Shown here: one piece after another, positions 1 to 12,759 of the stretch | Numbering within the stretch: position 1 is the first letter of the stretch | Layout: every line of letters begins with the position of its first letter | Assembly: GCA_013239625.1 (NCBI GenBank) | Contig: MU053184.1 | Coordinates: 16,220-80,219, forward strand | DNA: 64,000 bases | Source of the DNA: Lama guanicoe | Taxonomy: Eukaryota | Direction of reading: 5' to 3' | Translations under genes and position numbers: made by a program | The notes under the pieces: model-generated | The model's input: the letters and a program-made list of their open reading frames with translations, nothing else | What the model was told of the DNA's origin: nothing | The model's database searches: none

Positions 1-3000
1 AAGGTGGGGACGAGAGGCGAACGGGACACAGAGCTTCCGTTCGGGGCGCTGGGAGGGCTGAGGAGACATGGTATGTGGTGACAGATGAGCTCAGAGATGA
101 ACCCATCGCTCTGGCCAACTGGGCAAGGGGTGAGGGTTAGGGACACAGGCTGGGGCCCTGGCCTCTGGTTGGGCGGCCTGACGGGGACCCTGCGTCCTCC
201 TGAGGCCTGGCTTCTGTGTCAGAATCTGCAGTCCCTTAAAGGGGGGTGTGACCTTCAGAGACACAGAAGGACCCTTCCTTTGTCAACAGGGTTGGAGAGT
301 GTCGGGAGCCGTCTAAGCTCCTCTTTCTGGGAGAGCCCCAGGTCAGGTAATCAGGACACAGGTCCACGCTGGTGCCCTTGGGCAAAGGCGTCCCCGAGAG
401 GGCGCTGTCTGCGCTGTGAGCCGGAGTTTCCCGGAGCCGCGCCTGCCCCAGGTGCTTCCGCCTCCGTTGCTGAAGCTGTGTGGGAGGAGCCTGAGTTCCC
501 TGGGTCCCGAGTAGGGGGCCCCAGGCTTTTGGCAGAGGGTGGGACAGCTCCCATCAGGGCGGCTCCAAAGGACTATGAGCCAAGATCCACTGGAATTCCT
601 GCTGCCCTAAGCTCAGCCTGCGGCAGCTGATGGGCACTGGGTGACCCTGTGGGCAGGGGTGCCAGGCACCAGCGGGCAGCTGGTGAGAGGTGGGCAGGGG
701 GTGAGGAGACTGAGGCCCAGGGGCCCAGGGAGACCCCGCAGGAGGACCAGGTCCAGGACCCCAGGCCTGAGGTCCTGCTTACTCCGGTGGCCAGGCGGCC
801 TCAGCAGATTATCTCACCCTGCAGGGCCTCAGTCTTCGAGTCTGTAAAACAGGGAGAAAAACAGCCCTGCCGCCTCCTGCACTGGGCTTGGCCGGCGTCC
901 GTGAGTCCAGCTGGTGTGTCCGGCCCGCCGGGATCCTTGAAGCAAGGCTTCTCCCGGGGGCTGGCCCATCTGCAGTGCCCCGCCAGGCCCTCCCGCCGCC
1001 TCCTGCCTGCCTCCGTCTCTGAGCGTCCCCAGGTGAGAGCGCTCGGCCGTGTCCGAGTTCTCCATCCTCATCCCTCAGCCAGGGCACGCGTTTCAGGAGC
1101 CAAGTCCAGGTCAGCTGTGAGGTTGCCCCACTCTGGTCTCAGCGAACTTCTCCCTCCCACAGGCTGTCTCCCCCGCCCCCCTCCCTCCACGTCCTGCTCC
1201 CTCACTCTGGGGGCCCTGTGGGGCCTTGCCTTCCTGGACGCCCTTCCCTCCGACCAAACCCATAGGCTCCTCAGTTTCCCGCGCTGGCCTCTAGGTAACG
1301 GGGCAGCATTGGCATGGTGGGGAGAAGCCCCTTAGCATGGGGCCTGTCCCACCCACGCCCAGCCCAAATCACATTTTCTACAGCGCCTGCAACTCAAGGT
1401 CTGCGTGAAGGGAAATGGGTGGGTCTCACGGCAGGGCCAAGGGGGCCTGAAATTCCTCTGACCCCTCTGCCCCGCCGTTGGCTGTGCTGCCTGCGGTTCC
1501 ATCAGTCCCCTCCCTCCGAGCTCGCGGTGAGGACCCCAGCCGCGTCCCTTGCCCTGGATTTCTCCCCAACCCCCGTGTCCTGCAGGTCCCCTGACATGGG
1601 CTGATGCTGGTCCGGCTGGGTGTAGGGGAAGCAGTCATGACCGAGATGCGTCACTGAGTTACAAGGCACACACAGGGTGACTGGGGGAGAGAGAGCTTTA
1701 CGTCTGGCCTCGTTTTCACATCTGTAAAAGGGGATTCTCTGGGCCCCTCAGGTAAGCAACCCAGCCATCCCTGTGTTCCTCAGATTTGCTGATGCCGGGC
1801 CACCATTCGCCACTGTGGACGAGTATGTCCTTGCATGTCCTCTGTTTCCTGTGCTGGGCTGGGGGCTGGGGAACTGGAGTGAACAAGGCCAATTCTCCAC
1901 GGAGCTTCTAGTCTAGTGGGGACACAGAGGAAACCTAAAACTATATACATGATTTGAGTGGTAATAATTCCGTCCCGGGCTCTGCCGGGTTCGTCTTCTG
2001 TGGATGAGCCCCGTTTGCTCATTTGGTGGTTCTCCAGCAGCCCTTCTCCACCGGGGTTCCTCGTGGGAACCACAGAACACAGAACATGGTCTGAGTGACA
2101 GTTTTCTCAGTCTGCCCAGGATGGTTCACAACTAGGACTATCCCGGGGGCAGAGGAGAGAAGTGAATTCACTCCGTGCAGCGGATGCCTCAGGGCGCTGG
2201 GCTTTATTTTTTTCTTTTGCTTTGCTTCTTTGTGACACGTTCTTCCATTTCTTAAACTCTCAACATTGGTTTCCCTCACTTCCTGCCTCTTCTGAACCTT
2301 TTATTTTTTAATCTCCCTTCTTGCATTATTTTTTCTATCCTTTATCTTCCTGAGCACGGAGGGAGAAACAGATACACAGGGCAGAGGGGGGGTACTTTCA
2401 TTAGCGATGGGTTTGAAAGTCTGCACACAGAGGGGGTGGGAGCTAAGATAAAACACACGTTGCCATCTGTAAGCCAACCAGGAGTTTTTCCCAGGTTAAC
2501 CATTAAGAAAAAGATAAAATTCAGCAGATCTCTGCACTCCTGCTCCTCCCCCACAGTGGGTAGCCCACGATTTGTAATAGATCACGGTTCTTCGTCCCAT
2601 ATCCCTTAAAGGCACCTTCGCCATCCTTCCTTTAGAGTGTTTGAAATTCAGCTCTTTTGACAGGTAATATGTGCACATGGCGAGATGCAGAAGGGCATGG
2701 TGGGAAGAAGGTCTTCCGACCTCCTGGCTTCCCAAGCCACCTGGTTCCCCTCCCCCAGGAAGTCACCAGCACCAAGTTCTTCTGAAGGCTTTGTCGATTC
2801 AGTTCTCTAGGCAACTGTGATTGATGGATCAGAACTTGACAGGTGAGGTGAAATGAATGGGCCATCCTGGGGGGTGGGGAAGCCAGGGCAAAACGGCAGC
2901 TGGGCAGAGTGAGGCGTTCTGGCTGATGGTGCTGGGTTCGAAGACTGACTGCAGGAAAAAGAGGCTCTGGTCATGGGCAGCAGCCCCTGGGGCCGTTGCT

Positions 3001-3749
3001 GTGCCTCTTTCTCCTGCCTCCCTGGGTGCCCACCCTCCACTTCTGCAGGGGCTGGACCCTGCGCCGTGTGGACCGAGTCTGTGGTCTGTAATCACTGTGA
3101 CCGGGGAGCTCTCTGCCCCTGGGCAGGGTGCTGGCTGGGAGGACAAGGAGATAAGCAGGATTTTCTTCCCAAAATGCTCGACCGCGCTCTGGCTTTGGTG
3201 CTGAAAGGGGGCTCTGCAGGTGGAAGACAGTGATTTGTTGTTGTTATTGTTTAATATTTATCAGGTGCTTGTAATGTGTTGGCGACATTGAAAAAGCTTC
3301 GTGGCTGGTGAAATTAAGCTGAGCTCAGAACTGGCCTGGTGCCTCCAGGGCTCTGGCAGGCCAAGGTCTGGCTTCTTCTCTTTGTCCGTGAGAATGACCT
3401 CGCACACCAGAAATGAGAAGCCCCCGCCAACACAGCCCTGCTGGTAGTGTTCCTTACAAAAGGCATTGATTGTCTTCCTTTTCTCTGCCTCGGAAATACT
3501 GTTACCCTCAAGAATGAGAGAACCAGAGAGGGAAGGTGACCCGAAAGGTGACAAAGCAAGTCAGTGCCAGTGACATCCTTGAGCCAAACCTGTGACATCA
3601 GCAAAGTTGGGCTCCAGTCCTTCCCTCCCCTTTTCCCTGGTTGGGACGCTCTGTCCCCAAGACACACAGGTTCCTCACTCTCCTGCCCCTTTCCAGGCCA
3701 CCTGCTGGGAAGCCACCTGCTGGAAACACCGACTCATACTAAGGAGTAA

Positions 3750-3915
3750 GTGCTGAGTAAGGCAGGTGCTGTGTTAGGTATTTTTACCTCCATTATTTCA
3801 TTTAATACGCCCAGCCACCCTTCATGGCAAATGCTGGCATTCACCACATTTTACAGAGGAGGAGACACAGCATTCAAAGTCGTCTAGTTAACAGGCAGGA
3901 GGAGCCAAGGTGCAT
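3750..3915 (-). mobile_element. MIR SINE fragment
   Basis: Antisense MIR core: 'cattttacagaggaggagacacagc', 'tcatttaatacgcccagccaccct'. Confidence 0.65.
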
Positions 3916-3989
3916 CCCGCTGCCCTGCAGCATTACAGGTACCACACCTGGGCGGTTTGGCCTTTAACAAAGCAGAACAGCTTTAGGCC

Positions 3990-4170
3990 AGTGAGTTTGG
4001 CCCTGGTTGAACATTAAAATCACCTGGGGGGCTTTGCAACCATACCAAAACCTGAGCCCCTTTCCCGAGATTTGGATTTAATTGGTCTGGTCGGGAGGGT
4101 GAGGAGCGTTGGTGTATTTAAAATACTCGCTGTGTGACTGCACGGGCACCCAGGGTTGAGAACGCCTGCT
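3990..4170. mobile_element. MER5-type hAT MITE
   Basis: 'aaatcacctgggggcttt...gatttaattggtctgg...cagggttgagaacgcctg' resembles the MER5 consensus. Confidence 0.65.
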
Positions 4171-6174
4171 AATGAGTGGGGGAGGGGGAGGGGCAGCAAA
4201 CACAGGGGAAGAGGTGAAGGGTGCGTTGGGAAGACTGCCTCCAAGGGGTGATGGTGCCTACTAAAGGAAGTCTTGAGCCCTGGGAGGTGATGCAAATGAA
4301 TGAAATGAGCTTCCAGGGAGAGAGTAGGGTGTGGTTCGGCCAGCTGAGATTCTGGAGCCCAGGGACCAATTTACCAAGGCATCGTCCCTAGGGTGGCCCT
4401 CAAAGGGACTGAGTTCAGAAGAGACCTAGAAATGTGGGACTATTGCAGTGACCCCTGGGGCCCGGTCCTTTTTTTCCCCCCTAACAGGCTGGCTTGGCTG
4501 GAGGAGCTGTTCTCCAAGGTCCGCGAGGTGCCATTGGAAGAGGGTCCTGGGAGCTGAGCCAGCAAGAGAAAGAGGTAATGGTGGGAGGGAGGCAAGACCA
4601 TGGCACAGGAGAGACCAGGGCAAGAGAATCTGAGCTTTGGAATTGTGCCACCAGCACAAGAACCTTCCCGTGGCATGGCGAACGTAAGTTCAGATTTAGA
4701 GGCTAACCACAGAGTTAGCCTCTCTGTGGTTTCTCTCCAGGGCACGTCCCGTGTGCCTCCACTGGGTGAATCCCATCAGGGCAGGGGGGTTGTTCACCAG
4801 ACTGTCCTCATTTGCACAGTCAGGGGACCTGGCAGTTTGGGATTGTTCATCTTTGTAGCCACCTCCCATGCGTAGCACGGAGCCAGATGTAACCAGTGTC
4901 CCAAAGGATGGCCACACATATCGAGGTTTGCAGGGATGGAAGCGGCGCCCCAGTTGGGGAACTTCAGAGCTAAAAGGGGGAAAGTCTTGGGCAGACTGGA
5001 ATGTGTTGGTCACTGTGCTGCTCAATGATGCTTGGAAGCAAGAGCCCAGAGTGGTGGGTGGTTGGCTGCCCGAAGGTGAGGAGTGGCGGCGTGGTCTGGA
5101 GTTTAGCTGTCTTCCTAAGACTGTCCCCCGCACAGCAGGAAGACCCTACCAGAGTCATTGATCCCAACAGTTGTTTCCCATTTCTTCTGATATGTGGACT
5201 CCAACTCTAAGGGTGGTGGGGGATGGAGACAGGGAAGTAAAGTTGTAAGTCAGAGACTGAGCATCTTTGGGGAGAGATGGGAAATTCACCTCTGCTTCCG
5301 AGAAGAGAAGAGTGTTTAGAAAGGAGCAACTGGCCATGTGAATGTGCAGAAGAATGAAGTCAGCACAGTATGTCAAAATAATGGCCACTCTCTTTTGAAC
5401 ACCTGCTTTGTATCAAGTAGTGTGGTAAGATTTTTTTAACATTTATTTGAAAAATACAGAAAAACACAAAGATTGAAAATGTCCTGTAATCCCCAGCTAT
5501 TCTGGGGCAGTGGGTATGATTCTGGGAAGTTAAGATAGGAGGGTTCCCCTGCTTCACCTGCGCCATCCAGTCTCATGGTCCAAAGGGACCACAGGTAGTG
5601 GTTTGGGACTCATCCTTCCAGACTTACCCCACGTCATGCAGATGCGTTTATGTCAGTAACAGACATGTCTTTACCAGCATCCATTTGGTCTGCAACTGTT
5701 TTTGTTTGGTTTTGTTCTGCTTTTAGCATATATAGACATCTTCTTTCCAGATCGTTGGATATTGATCTGTTTGGTTCTTTAACTTCTGTTTAGCATTCCA
5801 GTGTGTGAATGCAACACAATGTTTTTACCTGTCTCTTATCGGTAATGTAGTTGTTTCTGGTATTATTATTATTGTCATTTTGCTATTACAATGCCTCATT
5901 AAACACGTTTTACATATCTTTATATATGTGTGCAAATCCTTCTGTTGAGTACATTCTTATAAGTGGGGGTGTCTGGACCAGAATTCATCTACATTTTGAT
6001 CTTCATAAATACTGCAAAGTAACATCTGAAAAATGGTACCAATTTATATTTCCAATTCTGTTTCTCCATGACCATGCCATTACTGGATGTTATCATTTGC
6101 AAGAAGAAATTTTGCTTGACTTATGAGTGAAAAGTGGTATTTTGTAGAATATGCATTTCAGTGATCATCTTTTT

Positions 6175-7100
6175 TTGAACTGAAATGTAGTTGATTTACA
6201 ATATTGTCTTAGAGGGTGGGAAGGGATCAGTTGGGAGTTCGAGATTTGCAGATGCTAACTACTGTATATAAAATAGGTAAACAACAAGTTCATACTGTAT
6301 AGCACAGGGAACTATATTCAAAATCTTGTAGTTAGAATATGAAAACGAATATATGTACGTTCCTATATGACTGAAGCATTGTGCTGTACACCAGAAATTG
6401 ACACAACCTTGTAAACTGACTATACTCCAACAAAAATATATTTAAAAAATGGTATTGTGTTAGTTTCAGGTGTACAGCCAAGTGATTCATATATATGTAT
6501 ATATATGTTCAGACTGTTTTCCATTATAGGTTATTATAAGATATTGATTATAGTTCCTTATGCTAGTCAGTCTTTGTTGTTTATCTGTTTTATGTGTACT
6601 AGTTTGTGTCTGTTAATCCCATACTCCTAACTTACCCCTCCCTCTGTCCCTTTAGTAATTGTAAGTTTGTTTTCTATGTCTGTGAGTCTATTTCAGTTTT
6701 GTATATAGATTCATCTGTATTATTTTTTAGATTCCACGTATAAGTGATATCACATATTTGTCTTTCTCTGTCTGACTTACTTCACTAAGCAGAATATTCT
6801 CTACGTCCATCCGTGTTGCTGCAAATGGCACTATTATTTTTTTTACAGTTGAATGATATCCCATTATATACATATATATGTATATAATCTCACATCCTCT
6901 TAAGGCAATTGTCTGTTGATGGACACTTGGGTTGTTTCCATGTCTTGGCTATTGTAAATAGTGCTGCTATGAACATTGGGGTGCATATATCTTTTCAAAT
7001 GAGAGTGTTCATCTTTTCCTGGTGTATGCCCAGGAGTGGGATTTCTGGATCATATGGCAAATCTACTTTTAGTTTTTTAAGGAAACTCCATACTGTTTTT
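6175..7100 (-). mobile_element. 5'-truncated L1 (cetartiodactyl type) with 12-bp TSD
   Basis: TSD gatcatcttttt at 6163-6174 and 7101-7112. Body has canonical antisense L1 3' sequence, e.g. 'ttccatgtcttggctattgtaaatagtgctgctatgaacattgggg'. Confidence 0.9.
6213..6452 (+). mobile_element. Younger L1 3' terminus nested in opposite orientation inside the 6175-7100 L1
   Basis: 'ctgtatagcacagggaactatattcaa...gctgtacaccagaaattgacacaac' followed by an A-rich tail. Flanked by tattgtcttag (6202-6212) and tattgtgttag (6453-6463). Confidence 0.85.
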
Positions 7101-7749
7101 GATCATCTTTTTGATATGAATTCAAGCATTTTCTCACTTGTCTATTGGCCATTTAAATTTCCTTTTCTATTCATATCATCTACCAAATTTCTATCAAGTA
7201 CTTTCATTATAAATTTATTACAGATCTTATTGTATAAGACATATAAATATTTTGAACATTATAATTTATTTTACTATATTTTTTACTTTTTAAGTGAAGT
7301 TTTCATTTTGATTTGGTAAAATCTGTTAATTTGTTTCAGTTTTCTCTCTTTCTTAGATTTTTCTATGATGGTACCATCTTTGCTAAATTCTTTGCCCAGA
7401 TTCTTAAATTTAAATTAATGCTGCAGAAAAGGAGGAAAAAATCTGTAGGACCTCAGAGATACCAGTAAATACGGACTGAGTGACAAAGTGAAAAAAATGT
7501 AACAAAGGAGGAACGTAAATTTCATAGGCGTTGCCAAGTAGAAGTTGGCCAGATTTTGTTATGGGGGAAGTTCATGCAAAAAACCCTCCATTCTTTTCTT
7601 ATCTTCTCTATTCAACCTTCAGTTTGAAAAGATTAATTTTGGAAAATGAGGCTTGACTGTTCCAGCTGTGAGCACCCCGTCTGCCCTCCTCCCAGGCTGT
7701 GCCACTGTTGTCCAGCCCTGGTCAGAAAAAGCCATTTGAAAAAAAGGGG

Positions 7750-7892
7750 GGAATGGGCTCTGTAGGGTGGGAGGGAGTGAGTTTCTAGTCGCTGAAGGTG
7801 CTCAACCTCTTGATGGGGTTTTTATCAAGAAGATGGGATCTTGGGGTCTGGTGACTGTGATCCTCCTTCTAACCCTAAAGTTCTCTGATCCT
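7750..7892 (+). mobile_element. L3/CR1 or MIR3 3' end fragment
   Basis: 'gtgagtttctagtcgctgaaggtgctcaa...ccttctaaccctaaagttctctgat' matches the L3/MIR3 tail. Confidence 0.5.
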
Positions 7893-8569
7893 GGGACTCA
7901 GCGATGGATTATATTCCTGAGAAAGAACATCATATAGTGTGTTTAGCAATGATAGAACCAGAGATCATTGAGGCGGGGTGGGAATATAGCAAATTTTCAC
8001 TGGAGTGCGAATCCCTCCCTGGGAGGGTGCTGGGGGACAGGGCACCAGGGGTCCTATTTTAGAAGCTCACAGATAATACTTTTTTTTTAAAAGGTCTAAC
8101 ACAAAGCTGTCACGGAGGCAGGATCCAGGAGTGAAGGAAGACTTCAACCATCTGGGCATCAGCCGGAGTTTCAGGCAGCTAAAAACAGATAACGTCTTGT
8201 CTTGCCTTGCTGAAAATTTCATCTCCAAAGGGAGAGAAAGCAAAGAGGAAAACTGGTAATTGGGACCAGAAGGAATCTATTTGGAGCAGGAGAAGAACCC
8301 AGGAGACTGTGGTCCCAGCCTAGGAGGGAAGAGAGGCCAAGAACAGAGTGGGGCACGTCATCCATGCGCAAGCAGGACCCAGTGCAAAGGGGTCAGAGAG
8401 AGGAGGGTGAGTCTTCCCCCCAGACCTTAACAGACAATCCTGGTGATGAGGACGGGAGACTTTTCAGTGCCATTCTGCCTGTGCAGCCATGTGACCCAGG
8501 AAGGAAGGTGGAGAGGTGGAGCAGGCTCATGAAGACACCAGAACAGCCACCCAAAAGAGGACAGCGGGG

Positions 8570-9010
8570 TGTATTAGTCAGGGTTCCCCAAGCAGGACAG
8601 ACGGGGTGCACGCAGACACACGTAATTCTTTCAGGAAATGGGTTCACGTGATTGTGGAGGCTTGGAAGTCTGAAATCCACAGGGCAAGTCGGCAGATTGG
8701 AAGTTCAGTAACGAGTTGATTTTGCAGTCTTGAGTCCAAACTCTGCAGGGCAGCAGGTTGGAACCTCAGGCAGGGTTCCTATGTTGCAGTTTTGAGGAGA
8801 ATTCCTTCCACTGTGGGAAACCTCAGTCTTTGCCCTTGGGGTTTTCAGCTCATTAGTTGAGGCCCACATGCATTATGGAGGGGAGTCTGCTTTACTCAGA
8901 GTTTACTGATGTAAATATTACTCTAAAAATGCTTTTCCAGCAACATCCAGACTGGTGTTCGACCCAACAGCGGGGCACCACAGCCTAGCCCCTGACACAA
9001 GAGCAGCCAT
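8570..9010 (-). mobile_element. MLT2-type ERVL solo LTR
   Basis: 'tgtattagtcagggttc...gaggcccacatgcattatggag...ctgctttactcagag...gggcaccacagcctagcc' follows the MLT2 consensus. Confidence 0.8.
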
Positions 9011-9764
9011 CGCGAGGAACGGACAGCCAAGCGCCAATCCGAGAACACCGCCAAGCCACAGGGTGAATCCTAGGAAGACTACTGTGGGAAATGGCTGAAG
9101 GGCCTCCTCGATACCACGTGGGGACACTGAAAAGTGGTGTAGTGGGCACCAACTATAGTGGGGTGCGGGTCACTAGTCTTCTTTCTTTACCGAGGAGACG
9201 TATCTCCAACCTGGAGTAGGTAAAGCTTAAGTGTATAAGAGAGATCAGAGGCCGAAGATAGAAGAGACCCACGCACCCTGAAACCTACCAGTCTGGAGGC
9301 GGAGACCAGTCCCAGCTCAGGGTGCCGGGACTTCCTGGAGATGTGATGGGTGACTCCTGCCGGGAATTCAGAGCGACCTCAGGGAGCCAGAGGGGATGAG
9401 GAGGGTGCAGACTGGTACTTGGTTTTTCACTCAGGGAACATACTGGATATAAATTGCTGGCCAATTTATAAAAGGAATTACAACGCAAGATGCTCAGACT
9501 CTAACTTCAGAGCATTTAGAAATAAAAGGTTGCAGAGGGAGGAGCCAGCCTGGGGTCTTAGGTTTGAGAGCTGTTAGGTGCCTGTGTACATGTACCCACA
9601 CTTTAACCCTGGGTGCCAGGTTGCCTTCATTCCTTCCCTTCCGCATCCTTCCTGGGAGCTGAGCACAGTCAGAGGGCAAGGGCGCAGTCAGAGCCCGAGT
9701 CCCCCCAGCTGGAAATAGTGGCCCCAGGACATTGGTACAGCTCGTGCTCTCGCTTACTCCACAG

Positions 9765-10098
9765 CAGGGCTGGCCAACCACAGCCATGTGCTGAGTCCAG
9801 CACCACCACCCCCAGCTATTTTTGCATGTTCTGGGAGCTAAGAATGGATTTTTTAAATAGTTGGGAAAAACAAAAAAATTTTTATATTTTGCAACATGTG
9901 AAAAGGATATGAAATTCAAATTTTGGTGCCCATAAATAAAGTTTTGTTGGCACACAGCCATGCCCTTTGTTTCTACATTGTCTATGGCTGCTTTTGGGCC
10001 AGACAAGCAGAACTGAGGGGTTGTGACAGACTGTGTGACCCTCAGAGCTGAAAATATTGACTATCGGGCCCTTTACAGAAGAAGTGGGCTGGCCGCTG
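9765..10098 (+). mobile_element. MER58-type hAT (Charlie/Cheshire) MITE
   Basis: Degenerate termini cagggctggccaac...gggctggccgctg. Internal 'aaataaagttttgttggcacacagccatgccc' and 'aaaatattgactatcgggccctttacagaa'. Confidence 0.85.
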
Positions 10099-10907
10099 TT
10101 CTCCAGCCTCCTGGTCAGTTCTTCTGGGACTCCTGTGTTAACAGTTACTGTCCTACCAGAGGACATTTGTGAAAACATGTAAGAACCTGGGGACCCAAAT
10201 CTAGAAAGTGTTTTTGAGATTGGCGTAGCTTGAGGGAGGTGAAGCCATGGGGCGTGGGGCGAGCAGTGGGGACAGGACAAGGGGCATGGTGGGACATTCT
10301 GGGATTTAGTCTTCTTGGCTCTGCACCTGGCTTTCAGTAGGACCTTTGCAAAGTCTCTTGTGACATCCTAATAATGGCTCTAATAGTGAAAATGTGAACT
10401 TGATGGTAAAAATCAGATAAATGCGTCGCGGGCTGATCACCTGTCCCCGCGGGAATTTGATGAATGCATCGCCACCGTCCTGTGGGGCCGTGCCTTTGAG
10501 CCGGTCCCAGCTGACATTTACATCACATCTTTGCGTAAAGACATAGAGAGAGAGCATGGTTATCCAGTCCAAAGCAAAATAAGGCCGGGTGCATTAGCAG
10601 GTCAGGTCAGAAGGCTGGGAGTTCCACGTCAACAAGGAGGAGATTAAAACCATGAGTGTGATATCAGGAAAGACAGAAGACATGTGTGTGCCCAGACCAA
10701 GAGAAACCCCAGGACTTGCACTGCACTGGGCCAATGTGTTGTGAGCATCGTGTCCCATCCAAGATTTGCACTGTAGGAGAGAATTTAGCAAGTGAAATGA
10801 CGAGAGAGAAGCTATGGCAGGGTGGCTGTAGGTCTGGGAATGACATCACATGAGGAACAGAAGGTGTGGCAGATATTTGGCTTGAGGAAGAGAACTTAAA
10901 TAGAGCA

Positions 10908-11180
10908 TCATCTTAGTTGGGTTCCCTGGGAACAGACGGTGAGACAAGGATCAGGTCCATGTGCTTTATCTGGGAAGTACAAAAACCTGGGAAGGGCAGT
11001 GGGGAAGGAAGACAGTGATGGGAAGGCCGCCAGTAGAGGGTGTTATCCAGCCAGCTTCCCCTGTGGGTACCCAGGGCTTACTGCTGCAGAGAAACTCTGG
11101 GAGATGGCACAGAGGACACAGCTCAGTGATGCCCTCAAGGGGTGAGGGCTCCAGGGGATCTGTCGTTGACCGAGGGCTGC
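10908..11180. mobile_element. Old ERVL-class LTR fragment (LTR16/LTR33-like; family uncertain)
   Basis: 'tcttagttgggttccctgggaacagacggtgagacaaggat...gtggggaaggaagacag...aactctgggagatggcacagaggacacagctcag'. Confidence 0.55.
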
Positions 11181-12759
11181 GCCCAGGGCTTCAGAGAGAG
11201 CCCCTCACTGAGAGATGGGACACCAGTAGTGGGAAGGCTCTACGGGAGTGGTACCAACACATGTGGGACAGGCCGCAGAACTGCCCTCCAATGTTTGAAG
11301 GGCTGGGATGTGGGTGAGAATGACAGGAAGCCCATCTGTGCCTTTCTAACAGGTGTAGCTCCGTGAGTTGGTGACATCACAAGACAGCGCAACCCCAGCA
11401 GCAAGCCCCGAGGGGCCAGATCTGGGAAGTGCGGTGGAGGCGTGCTGGCTCCCAGTGGAGTGGGGAGAAGAATGGCATGCTGTCCCCTTCCAGGTCCAAG
11501 GTGCTCTAATCTTATGAATGAAATTCTAATGGCCCATGGAGCTCCAGGTAGTGGGTGAGGAGCCTGGCTGGTGGCGACAGAGAAGGTTGGAGGTGTGTGA
11601 CATCACCCTGCACACACTGTCCCCCATGCTCCCTGGGCGGGGCCAGCCCTGGATAAGAGGCAGGGGAACTGCAGGCCAGGGCTTTGATCACTGATTGATT
11701 CCCAGTATCAGCGCTGGGGAGTGAAATTGAAGCACAATCGAGGAGTTCAAAATCAGCCCCTTGGGCAAAAAACATTAATGCAGGAGGCAGCGGAGGGATG
11801 GGGGCAGGGTGGGGGTGGGCATCCTGCATGCCCACCAGCCCAGTGGCCCCTCAGCTTTGTTTTGGAGGCCTCGGGGTCCCGAGGCTCCGTACCCCTCAAG
11901 CCTTCCCTCTCAGGCCCTCCGAGCTAGAGCTGAGCTGCTCACGACAGAGGCAGCTCATTATTTTGCTGCAGTTGACTTGAAATCTGAAATCAATCGGATA
12001 TCAAATATGCAGGCCTCAGTTTGATACCAGTTTTCAAAGGTGCAGTAACGTTCAGAAATGACACTGCATTTCCTAATTATGAAATTCTGTCGTCGCCGCT
12101 CAGTCTAGGATGACTTGGCTGCAGGGTTTTCTCTTTCTCTCTTTCTTCCTTTTCTTTTTTTTAGGGTTTCACATACACAATGATTATTTTAAAATTGCTT
12201 TGGAAGAATATATTTCATCAGTGAACTACGAGCGTGCTTATTACCGAAGTTTGGAGGCAATTGGGGAGGAAAGATAAATTAGCCGACTCTGGAGGCCTCG
12301 GAAAGCACGCCCTCCCTGCTCCCCACGGCGGGCTTCTTACCGCAGCTAATAAAACCTTCCACTGTCAGCGCCTCCGGACCCTCCCGCCCACCTCACTCAT
12401 GGGGTCAAGATCATGCACTGTTTGGGGATTGGAAGGAGCCGCGGGGAAATCCCTGCTCCACGTCAGCCAGGGGCAAGGATGGAGAAGAGGCAGGAAGTTA
12501 AGGGACCCCCGAAAACTGGGGCCCCTCGGACCCCCAGGAGCCAGAAGAACTGCCGCTGCCATCCCGGAGCTCCTGGGCAGCCCAGGCTTTGTTGGCTTGG
12601 GAACACGGGTGCCTCTGTGGGCAGTGGGACGGTTGCCTGAGCTCCCAACATTTAGAAAGGGGTCCAGAGCGGATCGCTGACACGCCGCGGCACGGTGAAT
12701 CTGCGGAACGTCGTGGTGAGGGAGAGAAGCCAAGCAAAGGGCACAGGCGACAAGATTCC

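Larger units (their letters stand above)
5420..7340 (-). mobile_element. Old L1 (L1M/L1ME-like) 3' region, interrupted by a younger L1 at 6175-7100
   Basis: Degenerate antisense L1 3'UTR text on both sides of the TSD-bounded insert, e.g. 'aattcatctacattttgatc...aaatggtaccaatttatatt' and 'aagcattttctcacttgtctattggccattt'. Confidence 0.6.

Noticed and set aside
85..1335. ORFs of 181 and 228 aa on +
   Set aside because: Pro/Gly/Arg/Ser-rich translations typical of GC-rich non-coding DNA; they overlap a MIR-like fragment and no family is recognisable.
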